Source: Bacteroidota bacterium (lineage in GTDB: Bacteria; Bacteroidota; Bacteroidia; CAIKAF01). From it: a DNA stretch of 64,000 bases. The stretch covers positions 3,144-67,143 of the forward strand of contig VGMT01000010.1 of NCBI GenBank assembly GCA_016866335.1. Direction: 5' to 3'. How positions within the stretch are numbered: position 1 is the first letter of the stretch; each line of letters opens with the position of its first letter. The translations under genes and the position numbers were made by a program. Shown here in pieces: positions 56,165-64,000 of this stretch. Below the pieces are notes generated by a model that was not told where the DNA came from, did no database searches, and worked only from the letters and a program-made list of their open reading frames with translations.

Positions 56165-56806
56165 CAGCATTCTACTTACATGCTGACTAATCATCAGTTC
56201 TGCCCCTTGGTTAATAGAAATAACCACACTTTGATCGTAAGAAAACCGCTTCACCAGTTTAATCGTGGCACCTGGTTTTAAAGAAATGCCATCTAAGTAC
56301 TGTAAAAAATCCGGCTGATGCTCTTTTAGCCCCACCAGTTCGGCCAACTCCCCCGGAACTAGATCGTATAAGGTTTTATTCTTGTGGTGCTTTATGGTTC
56401 CATCTGATTTTGGAATAGGGTCTCCATGCGGATCCACTTCTGGAAATCCTAAAAATTCGTCCAAACGTTGAATGAGTTTTTCATCTACAATATGCTCAAG
56501 TTGTTCAGCTATATCGTGAATTTCATCCCAATTAAAGTTCAATGTTTCAACCAAAAACACCTCCCAAAGCCTGTGTTTTCGAACAACATTGGCGGCTATC
56601 AAATGCCCCTTTCTACTTAGAATCGCCCCTTGATAGGGCTGGTATTTAACCCATTTTTTTTCATGGAGTTTTTTCAACATATCGGTTACCGACGAGGCCT
56701 TGCTGCTCAACTCTTCAGCCAAATCATTCGTTGAAACAGAACGTCCTAGTTCTCCCGACAACTTAAATATGGCTTTCAGGTAATTCTCTTCTGCAGTTGT
56801 TGGCAT
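56141..56806 (-). CDS. DtxR/MntR-family metal-dependent transcriptional repressor with C-terminal FeoA/SH3-like domain
   Basis: N-terminal HTH (EENYLKAIFKLS...VSTNDLAEELS). Metal-binding/dimerisation domain. C-terminal FeoA-like segment (LVPGELAELVGLK...GATIKLVKR). Confidence 0.85.
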   Translation of the reverse strand: MPTTAEENYLKAIFKLSGELGRSVSTNDLAEELSSKASSVTDMLKKLHEKKWVKYQPYQGAILSRKGHLIAANVVRKHRLWEVFLVETLNFNWDEIHDIAEQLEHIVDEKLIQRLDEFLGFPEVDPHGDPIPKSDGTIKHHKNKTLYDLVPGELAELVGLKEHQPDFLQYLDGISLKPGATIKLVKRFSYDQSVVISINQGAELMISQHVSRMLLVRRTKS

Positions 56807-56851
56807 TTAAATAACCTTAAGGGTATAGGATAAAAGTAAAAGTTTTTAGTC

Positions 56852-56865
56852 ATTTGAGCTCAAAT
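56852..56865. promoter_or_regulatory. perfect 14-bp palindrome ATTTGAGCTCAAAT between divergent dtxR-like and bshA genes
   Basis: Exact palindrome in the 71-bp divergent intergenic region. Candidate autoregulatory operator. Confidence 0.35.
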
Positions 56866-56877
56866 TGGAGAAGTAGA

Positions 56878-58014
56878 ATGCGCATAGGTATCGTTTTATA
56901 CCCCACATTTGGGGGCAGCGGTGTTGTAGCCACCGAATTGGGTAAGGCTTTGGCCCGAAATGGACATGAAGTTCATTTCATTTCATACAGCCAACCTGTT
57001 CGTATGGACGCCTTTCAACAGGGAGTTTTTTTTCATGAGGTAATGGTGCCCGACTATCCGTTGTTCGATTTTGATCCCTATGAGGTTGCACTAACCTCTG
57101 CCCTGGTGCGCACGGCCCTGCAAGAAAAACTTGACCTAATTCATGTTCATTACGCCATTCCCCACGCCCCTGCTGCATTTATGGCAAGGGAAATTCTAAA
57201 AACAAAAGGCCGCTTCGTACCCTTTATTACCACCTTGCATGGCACCGATATTACCTTAGTAGGCAAAGACAAATCCTATGAGCCGGTAATCAGCTTTGCC
57301 ATCAACCTATCCGATGCCGTAACCGCTGTTTCTGCCTATTTAAAAGAAGAAACGTTAAAGCACTTCAGCATTACGAAAAACATTGAGGTTATTTACAATT
57401 TCATTGACCCCATTGCCATCGCCGAAGAGAAAAAAGAATGCTCCAAGGCTACCACCGCCCCAAATGGAGAAAAGGTAATCATGCACATTTCCAATTTCAG
57501 AAAGGTCAAAAGAGTTCAAGATGTGGTTCAGGCATTTCGAATTATTGCCAGCAAAATTCCCTCGAAGTTAATTATGGTTGGAGATGGGCCTGAGCGAAAT
57601 ATGGCTGAAAATTTAGCGGTGGACCTTGGTATTCGGGAACAATGCATGTTTATTGGTAAGGTTAAAAACTCACTCAGCATTTTACCCTGTGCCGACGTTT
57701 TCTTTTTGCCCTCGGCAAGTGAAAGTTTTGGGCTTTCCGCCTTAGAGGCTATGGCTTGCGGTATTCCTGTAATTGGCTCAAATGCAGGTGGATTACCTGA
57801 AGTCCAAATCCATGGAAAAACAGGATTTTTAAGCGAAGTTGGCGACTACCAAGACATGGCAAAAAATACACTTAAGATTCTTTCTTCCCCTTCCCAATAC
57901 CAGGAATTTTCAAAACATTGCATTGAACAGGCCGATTTGTTTCGCTTGGATTTGATTTTACCGCAGTATGAAAATTTGTACAATCGGGTTTTTAAGGAAT
58001 TTACCTCATTTTAA
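56878..58014 (+). CDS. bshA: N-acetyl-alpha-D-glucosaminyl L-malate synthase (GT4 glycosyltransferase, BshA)
   Basis: MRIGIVLYPTFGGSGVVATELGKALARNGHEVHFI closely parallels the BshA N-terminus. GT4 C-terminal E-x7-E region. The start is set at the internal Met. Confidence 0.75.
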   Translation: MRIGIVLYPTFGGSGVVATELGKALARNGHEVHFISYSQPVRMDAFQQGVFFHEVMVPDYPLFDFDPYEVALTSALVRTALQEKLDLIHVHYAIPHAPAAFMAREILKTKGRFVPFITTLHGTDITLVGKDKSYEPVISFAINLSDAVTAVSAYLKEETLKHFSITKNIEVIYNFIDPIAIAEEKKECSKATTAPNGEKVIMHISNFRKVKRVQDVVQAFRIIASKIPSKLIMVGDGPERNMAENLAVDLGIREQCMFIGKVKNSLSILPCADVFFLPSASESFGLSALEAMACGIPVIGSNAGGLPEVQIHGKTGFLSEVGDYQDMAKNTLKILSSPSQYQEFSKHCIEQADLFRLDLILPQYENLYNRVFKEFTSF

Positions 58015-58584
58015 TTTCCCCGAATCAATCATCCTACAAATCTCATCTATCAGCAAATCTTCGTTGTTTCCGTTTGGATTAAACTCGGCTTTTAAATCAT
58101 AATCAAACATGCTTGCAACACCCTGCCAAAAAAGAGCTTGAACCCCTCCTTTCATTTCCTGCAACAATTCATACGAAGTAAATTCTGTTTGCCTGTCGAG
58201 CAACTTTAACAAAATGCGCCCATCAGCAAACGACAACCGCTTTAATTGCTGAAAGTGTTTTTCGCGCAATTCGGCCTCAAATTGTTGAATGAGTTCTTTT
58301 CTTTCGCGTCGTTTTCCTGTTGCATCCACTCGAGCATAGGTCTTCATCCGCTCTCCTGCAAGCTTTGCCAATGGATACGTACGCTTCACCCGTTCCACCA
58401 AACGGTTGTACCGGCGTTGAAGCCCTTTATTTTTAAATGCTCTTAATTCTAAAACGCTGAATTCAGGCAGTACAATTACCCGCGATATGGAATCTGTCAA
58501 CGTATCCGGTGGCAGTTGCCCACGAACTTGGCTGGCCAATACAATAAAAAAACAAGAAAAACCCTTTAAAATTAAGGAGTTCAT
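58006..58584 (-). CDS. hypothetical secreted protein (DUF4294-like)
   Basis: Signal peptide MNSLILKGFSCFFIVLASQVRG, then a charged helical region. The name assignment is from memory only. Confidence 0.4.
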   Translation of the reverse strand: MNSLILKGFSCFFIVLASQVRGQLPPDTLTDSISRVIVLPEFSVLELRAFKNKGLQRRYNRLVERVKRTYPLAKLAGERMKTYARVDATGKRRERKELIQQFEAELREKHFQQLKRLSFADGRILLKLLDRQTEFTSYELLQEMKGGVQALFWQGVASMFDYDLKAEFNPNGNNEDLLIDEICRMIDSGKLK

Positions 58585-58614
58585 ATTCCCATTAACGAAA
58601 AAAGTGGCCAAAGA

Positions 58615-59100
58615 TTATCTATTGCCAGAATGTTTCTGTGGGCCGTTGGGAACAAACGAAAAACCCTTTAAATAACAAAACAAATCGGCTTGATTTTGAC
58701 CCGTTTTTACCATTACCATACTGTCAATACTTCCATTTCCAGCCCCTGAAACATCCCAAAACACCACTCGGGCAACGTCCTTATTGATAAAAAGAGCAGG
58801 TTGAATAAAAACATTTTGAGCAGAATAGCCCAAATCAGAATTGAAAAAAACCTTGAAATCACCACCGCTCTGCGAAGGTGAAATGGTGGCTGTATAGGAA
58901 ACACTATCGGCCCGCACAAAGGTCCAAGTGCCTACAAACTTAGCTTTCATTTCATCTTCACGACAAGACCCATCGTTCATTTCGGCCGTTGGTGAATAAT
59001 AATCCGAACGGGGATCTGTACACCCTTGCTCTTCCCCGCAACTACCTAAAAAATGAGAACCAATTAAACCAAGAAAAAAAAGAATCAAACGGTTTCCCAT
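58615..59100 (-). CDS. hypothetical lipoprotein (paralogue of next gene)
   Basis: Signal peptide plus lipobox LGSCGEEQGCTDPRSDYYSPTAEMNDGSC, shared with 59104..59691. Confidence 0.45.
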   Translation of the reverse strand: MGNRLILFFLGLIGSHFLGSCGEEQGCTDPRSDYYSPTAEMNDGSCREDEMKAKFVGTWTFVRADSVSYTATISPSQSGGDFKVFFNSDLGYSAQNVFIQPALFINKDVARVVFWDVSGAGNGSIDSMVMVKTGQNQADLFCYLKGFSFVPNGPQKHSGNR

Positions 59101-59103
59101 CGT

Positions 59104-59691
59104 TTACTCTTGCTTTATCCTAAGACCAAGCAACTCACAATCCCTTTTTACCATATCCGCAGGATTGGATTCGGCTGAATCTATCATTTTGTATTGCAAT
59201 TCAAGTCGGTCTGCTGAAATAAAGCCTTGACCGGTGTACCAAATGCTGCTCAACGTATCCATCTGTTGAGCGGGAATCGTAAAGGTGTACTTAGAAACCT
59301 CGGCCACCAATTTCCCTTCGCCCAAAGTCAATACCCCTAATGTCCCAGCCGGGTCAACGTAATGATTAATCTTAAACTCATATTGAAACTTGTCTCCCTC
59401 CACAAACTGAACATAACTCTGGGTTATTGCTCCATCGGCGCAAGATTCGGTCACGATGTAGGTGGCAAGAAATTTCCGTACTGTTTCAATAGGTTGACAT
59501 GAGCCGTTGTCTTGGTTAACTGTTGAATCGTAATTATCGCTTCGCTCATCGGTACATCCCTCCGTTGTGCAAGACGAAAATGAACCCGATAACAACAAGG
59601 CAAGACCAAGAATAGGCAATGAATTAATAGATAATTTCATGGTATTGGGAGATATATACTGCAAAAAAACGAAAAAATACCACCATTTCAA
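59104..59691 (-). CDS. hypothetical lipoprotein (paralogue of previous gene)
   Basis: Lipobox SFSSCTTEGCTDERSDNYDSTVNQDNGSC, the same N-terminal module as 58615..59100. Tandem duplication. Confidence 0.45.
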   Translation of the reverse strand: MKWWYFFVFLQYISPNTMKLSINSLPILGLALLLSGSFSSCTTEGCTDERSDNYDSTVNQDNGSCQPIETVRKFLATYIVTESCADGAITQSYVQFVEGDKFQYEFKINHYVDPAGTLGVLTLGEGKLVAEVSKYTFTIPAQQMDTLSSIWYTGQGFISADRLELQYKMIDSAESNPADMVKRDCELLGLRIKQE

Positions 59692-59809
59692 ATTCTTTTC
59701 ATTTCAAAATGGAAATCCATACCTTGATTTCAGCATTTAGTCCAAATTTGAAAAACATTAAATAGGAGAATCCAAGTGCTCTGATTATGTTTGCATCAAA
59801 GTTGTAAGC

Positions 59810-61789
59810 ATGAAATTTGAGCGCCAAGGCATCAGCGATGCAGAACTTAGAGCTCTGTACAGAGAATTGGTTTACCCCAGACTTATTGAAGAGAAAATGT
59901 TGGTTTTACTTAGACAAGGTAAAATCAGTAAGTGGTTTTCGGGGATAGGGCAAGAGGCCATTTCGGTGGGTGCTGCCATGGCACTTCAACCAGAGGAATA
60001 CCTTTTGCCTATGCACCGCAATTTAGGCATGTTTACTGCACGGGGAGTTCCTTTCCGTCGCTTATTTTCTCAATGGCAAGGCAAAGAAAATGGGTTCACA
60101 AAAGGCCGAGACCGGTCTTTTCATTTTGGCAGCAACCCGTTCCATATCGTTGGAATGATTTCCCATTTAGGTCCTCAGTTGGGCGTGGCAGATGGGATAG
60201 CCCTCGCCAGTGTTCTTGATCGGGATAAAAAAGTAACCTTAGTGGTTACCGGAGACGGAGGCACCTCGGAAGGTGATTTTCATGAAGCCCTAAATGTGGC
60301 ATCTGTTTGGGATCTGCCTGTTCTATTTTGCATTGAATCCAATGGATATGGCCTTTCTACCCCTTCGTCTGAACAATACCGCTGCGCTCAACTATCTGAC
60401 CGGGCGCAGGGTTATGGAATGAAATCGGTTCGTATTGATGGTAATAATATTCTAGAGGTTTATTCAACCCTGCGGTCCCTGGCTGAAGAACTGCGCAAGG
60501 ATCCTAAACCCGTATTGGTTGAATGCCTAACATTTAGAATGCGTGGGCACGAGGAAGCCAGTGGAACCAAGTATGTTCCGCAAGATTTGTTTGATTTCTG
60601 GAAAGAAAAAGACCCAATTGAACAGTATGGAAATTGGCTTAACCAGCAAAAAATCATGCCTTTAAAAGAACAAGAAGATATTAGACTTGAATTAAAGGAA
60701 TCCATTGATGCTGATGTTTTAGCTGTATTTGAAGAACCAGAACTTTCTGCCGATCGAGCATTGAGTTTACAAGACGTATACGCCCCTTTTGAATTCCATT
60801 CCTACGAACCCCTAGGTTCTGAAACGAAAGCCATGCGGATGATTGACGCAGTGCGTAGCGCCCTAGAACTGGCCTTAGAAAAGCATAAGAATCTTATTTT
60901 AATGGGGCAAGACATTGGAGCATACGGCGGCGTTTTTAAAGCAACCGAAGGTTTAATCGATTCAGCCAGTCCTGAACGTGTAAGAAATACCCCCCTTTGT
61001 GAATCTGCCATTGTAAGCGCCGCATTGGGCCTTTCTATTAAAGGAAAGAAAGCCATGGTTGAAATGCAATTTGCAGATTTTGTCAGTTCAGGGTTTACTG
61101 CTGTGGTAAATAACCTAGCTAAATCTCATTGGCGCTGGGGCCAAAATGCAGATGTGGTTGTTCGAATGCCCACCGGCGCCGGAGTGGCTGCCGGTCCATT
61201 TCACAGCCAATCCAACGAAGCTTGGTTTTTCCATACCCCAGGTTTAAAAATTTATTACCCATCAAATGCCTACGACGCCAAAGGGCTCTTGTTAACGGCC
61301 TTTGAAGACCCAAACCCTGTTATGTTTTTTGAACACAAAGCTCTTTACAGGGCTCAAGAAGAACAGGTCCCCTCAGGATATTACACCATACCGGAAGGAA
61401 ATGCAAAAGTTTGCTCTCATGGCGATAAAATTAGCATTATCAGTTATGGTATGGGCGTGGTGAAAGCCCTAGATTGCATTCCTAATTTCCCTGAAAACAC
61501 CCTTGAAATTATTGACCTACGAACCTTGGTTCCACTGGATTACAATACAGTTTTCAATAGCGTGAAAAAAACAGGAAGGGCTTTGGTTTTACACGAGGCC
61601 ACAGATTTAGGAGGTATCGGAGCCGATTTGGCCGCCAAAATCCAAGAGTCTTGCTTTAAATGGCTTGACGCCCCCGTTAAACGACTCTCGGCCGATGATA
61701 CTCCCGTTCCCTTTGCTCCAAACCTTGAACATTCCTTTTTACCTTGGCATCGGCTTCAAAATACCATTCAGGAACTTTTGAGCTGGTAA
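59810..61789 (+). CDS. 2-oxoacid (pyruvate/branched-chain) dehydrogenase E1 component, fused alpha/beta subunits
   Basis: 659 aa. The N-terminal half has the TPP-binding alpha motif (GDGGTSEGDFHEALN). The C-terminal half is a transketolase-like beta subunit (MQFADFV...). The fused form is typical of Bacteroidetes. Confidence 0.85.
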   Translation: MKFERQGISDAELRALYRELVYPRLIEEKMLVLLRQGKISKWFSGIGQEAISVGAAMALQPEEYLLPMHRNLGMFTARGVPFRRLFSQWQGKENGFTKGRDRSFHFGSNPFHIVGMISHLGPQLGVADGIALASVLDRDKKVTLVVTGDGGTSEGDFHEALNVASVWDLPVLFCIESNGYGLSTPSSEQYRCAQLSDRAQGYGMKSVRIDGNNILEVYSTLRSLAEELRKDPKPVLVECLTFRMRGHEEASGTKYVPQDLFDFWKEKDPIEQYGNWLNQQKIMPLKEQEDIRLELKESIDADVLAVFEEPELSADRALSLQDVYAPFEFHSYEPLGSETKAMRMIDAVRSALELALEKHKNLILMGQDIGAYGGVFKATEGLIDSASPERVRNTPLCESAIVSAALGLSIKGKKAMVEMQFADFVSSGFTAVVNNLAKSHWRWGQNADVVVRMPTGAGVAAGPFHSQSNEAWFFHTPGLKIYYPSNAYDAKGLLLTAFEDPNPVMFFEHKALYRAQEEQVPSGYYTIPEGNAKVCSHGDKISIISYGMGVVKALDCIPNFPENTLEIIDLRTLVPLDYNTVFNSVKKTGRALVLHEATDLGGIGADLAAKIQESCFKWLDAPVKRLSADDTPVPFAPNLEHSFLPWHRLQNTIQELLSW

Positions 61790-61795
61790 TTAAAG

Positions 61796-62827
61796 TTGTA
61801 CCTTTGCCTCATGAAGCCTTTTCGTTTTTATTTTCTACCCTTCCTAATCGGTTTTGTGGCTCTTTCATGCAACGACAATGAGGTAGACTTAACTTCAGAC
61901 TTTAAAGACATTCCTGTTGTTTATGCTCTTCTCGATGCCAGCGAAGACTCCAACTGGGTTCGTGTCAATAAAGCTTTTTTAGGCGACGGAAATGCCCTTG
62001 TTTTTGCCCAAATTGCAGACTCCCTGAATTATCCTAACCTTCAGGTGGCCTTATTGAAAATAAATAAATCTTCCAATACCGTGGTTGATTCTCTGCCTTT
62101 GGTTAAAACAATCAATGCCATTCCAAAAGACAGTGGACTTTTTGCCAGCAATTCCAATGTTTTATATCTAACAACCAGCCCTATTGACAAAAATTACCTT
62201 TATAAATTGGTTCTTTTTAATCCCGACAATCAAAAGCGAACCGAAGCTACAACCAGCATTGCTGGTTCTACCATTTTCAATTATCCCAATTCTCCTTTGG
62301 TCGCCTTAAATTGGGAACCCAACACAAACAATAAGGTGGTTACTTTTCAGTGGACCTGCAACTCATCGTCCAACATTCAAGCTTATCAGTTCGAACTCAC
62401 GTTCATATACGATGAATTTCTGCAGTCAAATCCCAACACAAGGGTGCGAAAGTCCTTTACTAATCGGTATGCTATAATACCCAACACCGATTGCCAACAA
62501 AATCTTATTCGTCTTCCCATTACCAAACAAGAATTTTACAGCAGTATTGCCAACAACTTACCCCTAGACCAAACCAAAGGAAGAGAATTTATTCAAATTG
62601 ACATTTCGGTTTATGGGGCTGCCAAAGAATTTTACGATTTTCTGGTCATCAATAAGCCAAGCACCAGTGTGGTACCCCGCGCCACGGATTACACGAACAT
62701 TCCTGGGGGTAAAGGTATTTTTTCATCGCGTTCGCAGCTGCACATGACTGGGCTTAAATTGAATTCCATTACCATTGATTCGCTAAGAGGGGGGCAATAT
62801 ACCTCCGAATTGAATTTTGTTAATTAA
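61796..62827 (+). CDS. hypothetical lipoprotein
   Basis: Signal peptide plus lipobox (FVALSCNDNE). 343 aa, beta-rich. No known motif recognised. Confidence 0.45.
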   Translation: MYLCLMKPFRFYFLPFLIGFVALSCNDNEVDLTSDFKDIPVVYALLDASEDSNWVRVNKAFLGDGNALVFAQIADSLNYPNLQVALLKINKSSNTVVDSLPLVKTINAIPKDSGLFASNSNVLYLTTSPIDKNYLYKLVLFNPDNQKRTEATTSIAGSTIFNYPNSPLVALNWEPNTNNKVVTFQWTCNSSSNIQAYQFELTFIYDEFLQSNPNTRVRKSFTNRYAIIPNTDCQQNLIRLPITKQEFYSSIANNLPLDQTKGREFIQIDISVYGAAKEFYDFLVINKPSTSVVPRATDYTNIPGGKGIFSSRSQLHMTGLKLNSITIDSLRGGQYTSELNFVN

Positions 62828-62919
62828 TGCCGCTGTGTAAAAAATTGAACCGCAGCCTTTCGTTTTATGGGCAAATACCTTTGCTTATCATCAAGGTGAA
62901 ATGGTGCAATAAAAACCAT

Positions 62920-63507
62920 TTACTCAGAAAACCACTCCACTTTTGTCATCCAAAATTGGCGACGGCCTTCCGGCCATTCGCCCTCAGGATAACCCGGGTA
63001 CAATACACCTAAAACTCGATCTGGTAGGGCAATTCCCATTTCTTCTGCAAATTGAGGATCGTAAACGGCTGAACCGCTCGACCAAAATAAAGACATCCCG
63101 TAACTGGTAGCAATTAAACTCATGTTTTGAACAGCACAACCTACGGCCAACACCTCTTCAATCTCAGGTATCTTTTCTGAGGCCTGCCGCTTCATATACA
63201 CCACTATTCCAGCCGACGCACATAAATATCGATTTCTGATTCTATCGTATTTGGACTGTAAAAAAGATTCTTCTTTGGCGGTTCTAAGATATGCTTCGGC
63301 CAATTTAACTTGCAAAAATTCCAATCCAGATTCGGTATAAACCTTAAACCTCCATGGTTCGGTTTGGCCATGAGTTGGAGCCCAATTTGCCCCTTCAATG
63401 AGTGCTTCAATTTGGTCGCGATGAACCTTTCTAGGCTTAAACTGCTCTGGGCGAACACTTCGTCGCTCTCGGATTACGTTTTGAACATCGGTTAAATTAA
63501 ACTTCAT
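62920..63507 (-). CDS. nitroreductase-family protein
   Basis: 195 aa. RRSVRPEQF near the N-terminus and the FMN-binding core are typical of NfnB/NfsA-like nitroreductases. Confidence 0.8.
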   Translation of the reverse strand: MKFNLTDVQNVIRERRSVRPEQFKPRKVHRDQIEALIEGANWAPTHGQTEPWRFKVYTESGLEFLQVKLAEAYLRTAKEESFLQSKYDRIRNRYLCASAGIVVYMKRQASEKIPEIEEVLAVGCAVQNMSLIATSYGMSLFWSSGSAVYDPQFAEEMGIALPDRVLGVLYPGYPEGEWPEGRRQFWMTKVEWFSE

Positions 63508-64000
63508 GGTTTGTTGGTATTTTTAAAAACATCGTTCAACCAAGATTGCAACTCTGCCCTATTGCTTACCAATGCACGTTTTCGAGCTGCATCGTACGAT
63601 AAATCGGCTCCTTTTAAACGATCCAATTGACTGCTAAATACCGTTTTATTGTCAGAAGTCCGAATGGCATTCAATTGCAAATCGGCATAGCTTATAAAAA
63701 TCCCTCCTTGAGCTTGCCCCTTCGAAGAGGTACTTTCAACGGTTAAAATCAAATCTGGGGCGGTGCTGTTGGATTCCGCCAAAGGGTATCCCTGATCCTG
63801 AAGCCATGTTTTAATGGTGGTTTCTAAAGCAGGATACGAAGATGAGAATTCAGGATTCGTTTCACGAACGTTCAACCGTATGATTGGCTTAAAGAACGCC
63901 ACAGAAACACCGACCGAACGAGTAAATGAACGAAACATAGATTTTACATAACCTGGCATCAATGAATCGGGAAACCAAGAAGCGGGCTCAATTAAAACGG
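63504..64000 (-). CDS. hypothetical protein, 5'-partial (reading frame stays open to the window edge)
   Basis: The frame has no stop upstream of the track's TTG/ATG start through position 64000, so the true start is probably outside the window. Confidence 0.35.
   Translation of the reverse strand, partial: VLIEPASWFPDSLMPGYVKSMFRSFTRSVGVSVAFFKPIIRLNVRETNPEFSSSYPALETTIKTWLQDQGYPLAESNSTAPDLILTVESTSSKGQAQGGIFISYADLQLNAIRTSDNKTVFSSQLDRLKGADLSYDAARKRALVSNRAELQSWLNDVFKNTNKP

Overview
This 64-kb window is a chromosomal segment from a Bacteroidetes-type genome. The phylum call rests on the nusB-DUF1573-yajC cluster, fused E1 alpha/beta, BshA, GH3, several T9SS C-terminal-domain cargo proteins, SprB repeats and the absence of Shine-Dalgarno dependence. 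Overall GC is moderate (about 45-50%). Most of the window is housekeeping: dnaE, recG, asd, queA, mnmE, trmD, pyrE, rluB-like, leucine dehydrogenase, acyl-CoA dehydrogenase, a fused 2-oxoacid dehydrogenase E1 and four tRNAs. There is a troABCD/ytgABCD-like metal-uptake operon whose first permease carries a C-terminal DtxR-like domain, with a separate convergent DtxR/FeoA repressor. Secreted or surface cargo is frequent: a lamin-tail-domain giant protein with a type-B T9SS CTD, an FG-GAP protein, an S8/MAM subtilase, an S46 dipeptidyl peptidase, an OmpA-like protein and a Kunitz-like lipoprotein. The unusual content is non-coding and accessory. (1) A family of high-GC, roughly 150-270 bp intergenic repeats recurs six times with a near-invariant core GGAGGCGACCTTGGGAGCC. 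(2) A second family of GC palindromic hairpins forms a perfect roughly 30-bp inverted-repeat pair around a DUF4143 AAA-ATPase gene. (3) A SprB-repeat/formylglycine-generating-enzyme fusion gene is interrupted by a G9 homopolymer frameshift, a candidate phase-variation switch. (4) A tRNA-Ser-adjacent small serine recombinase sits next to a surface-protein gene inactivated by a single in-frame TGA. (5) The rluB-like gene carries 4.5 tandem 60-bp coding repeats. (6) A degenerate dppBC pair abuts a three-tRNA cluster. No CRISPR array, rRNA or canonical defence island was found. All calls are from reading the sequence and the supplied ORF track; no searches were run.
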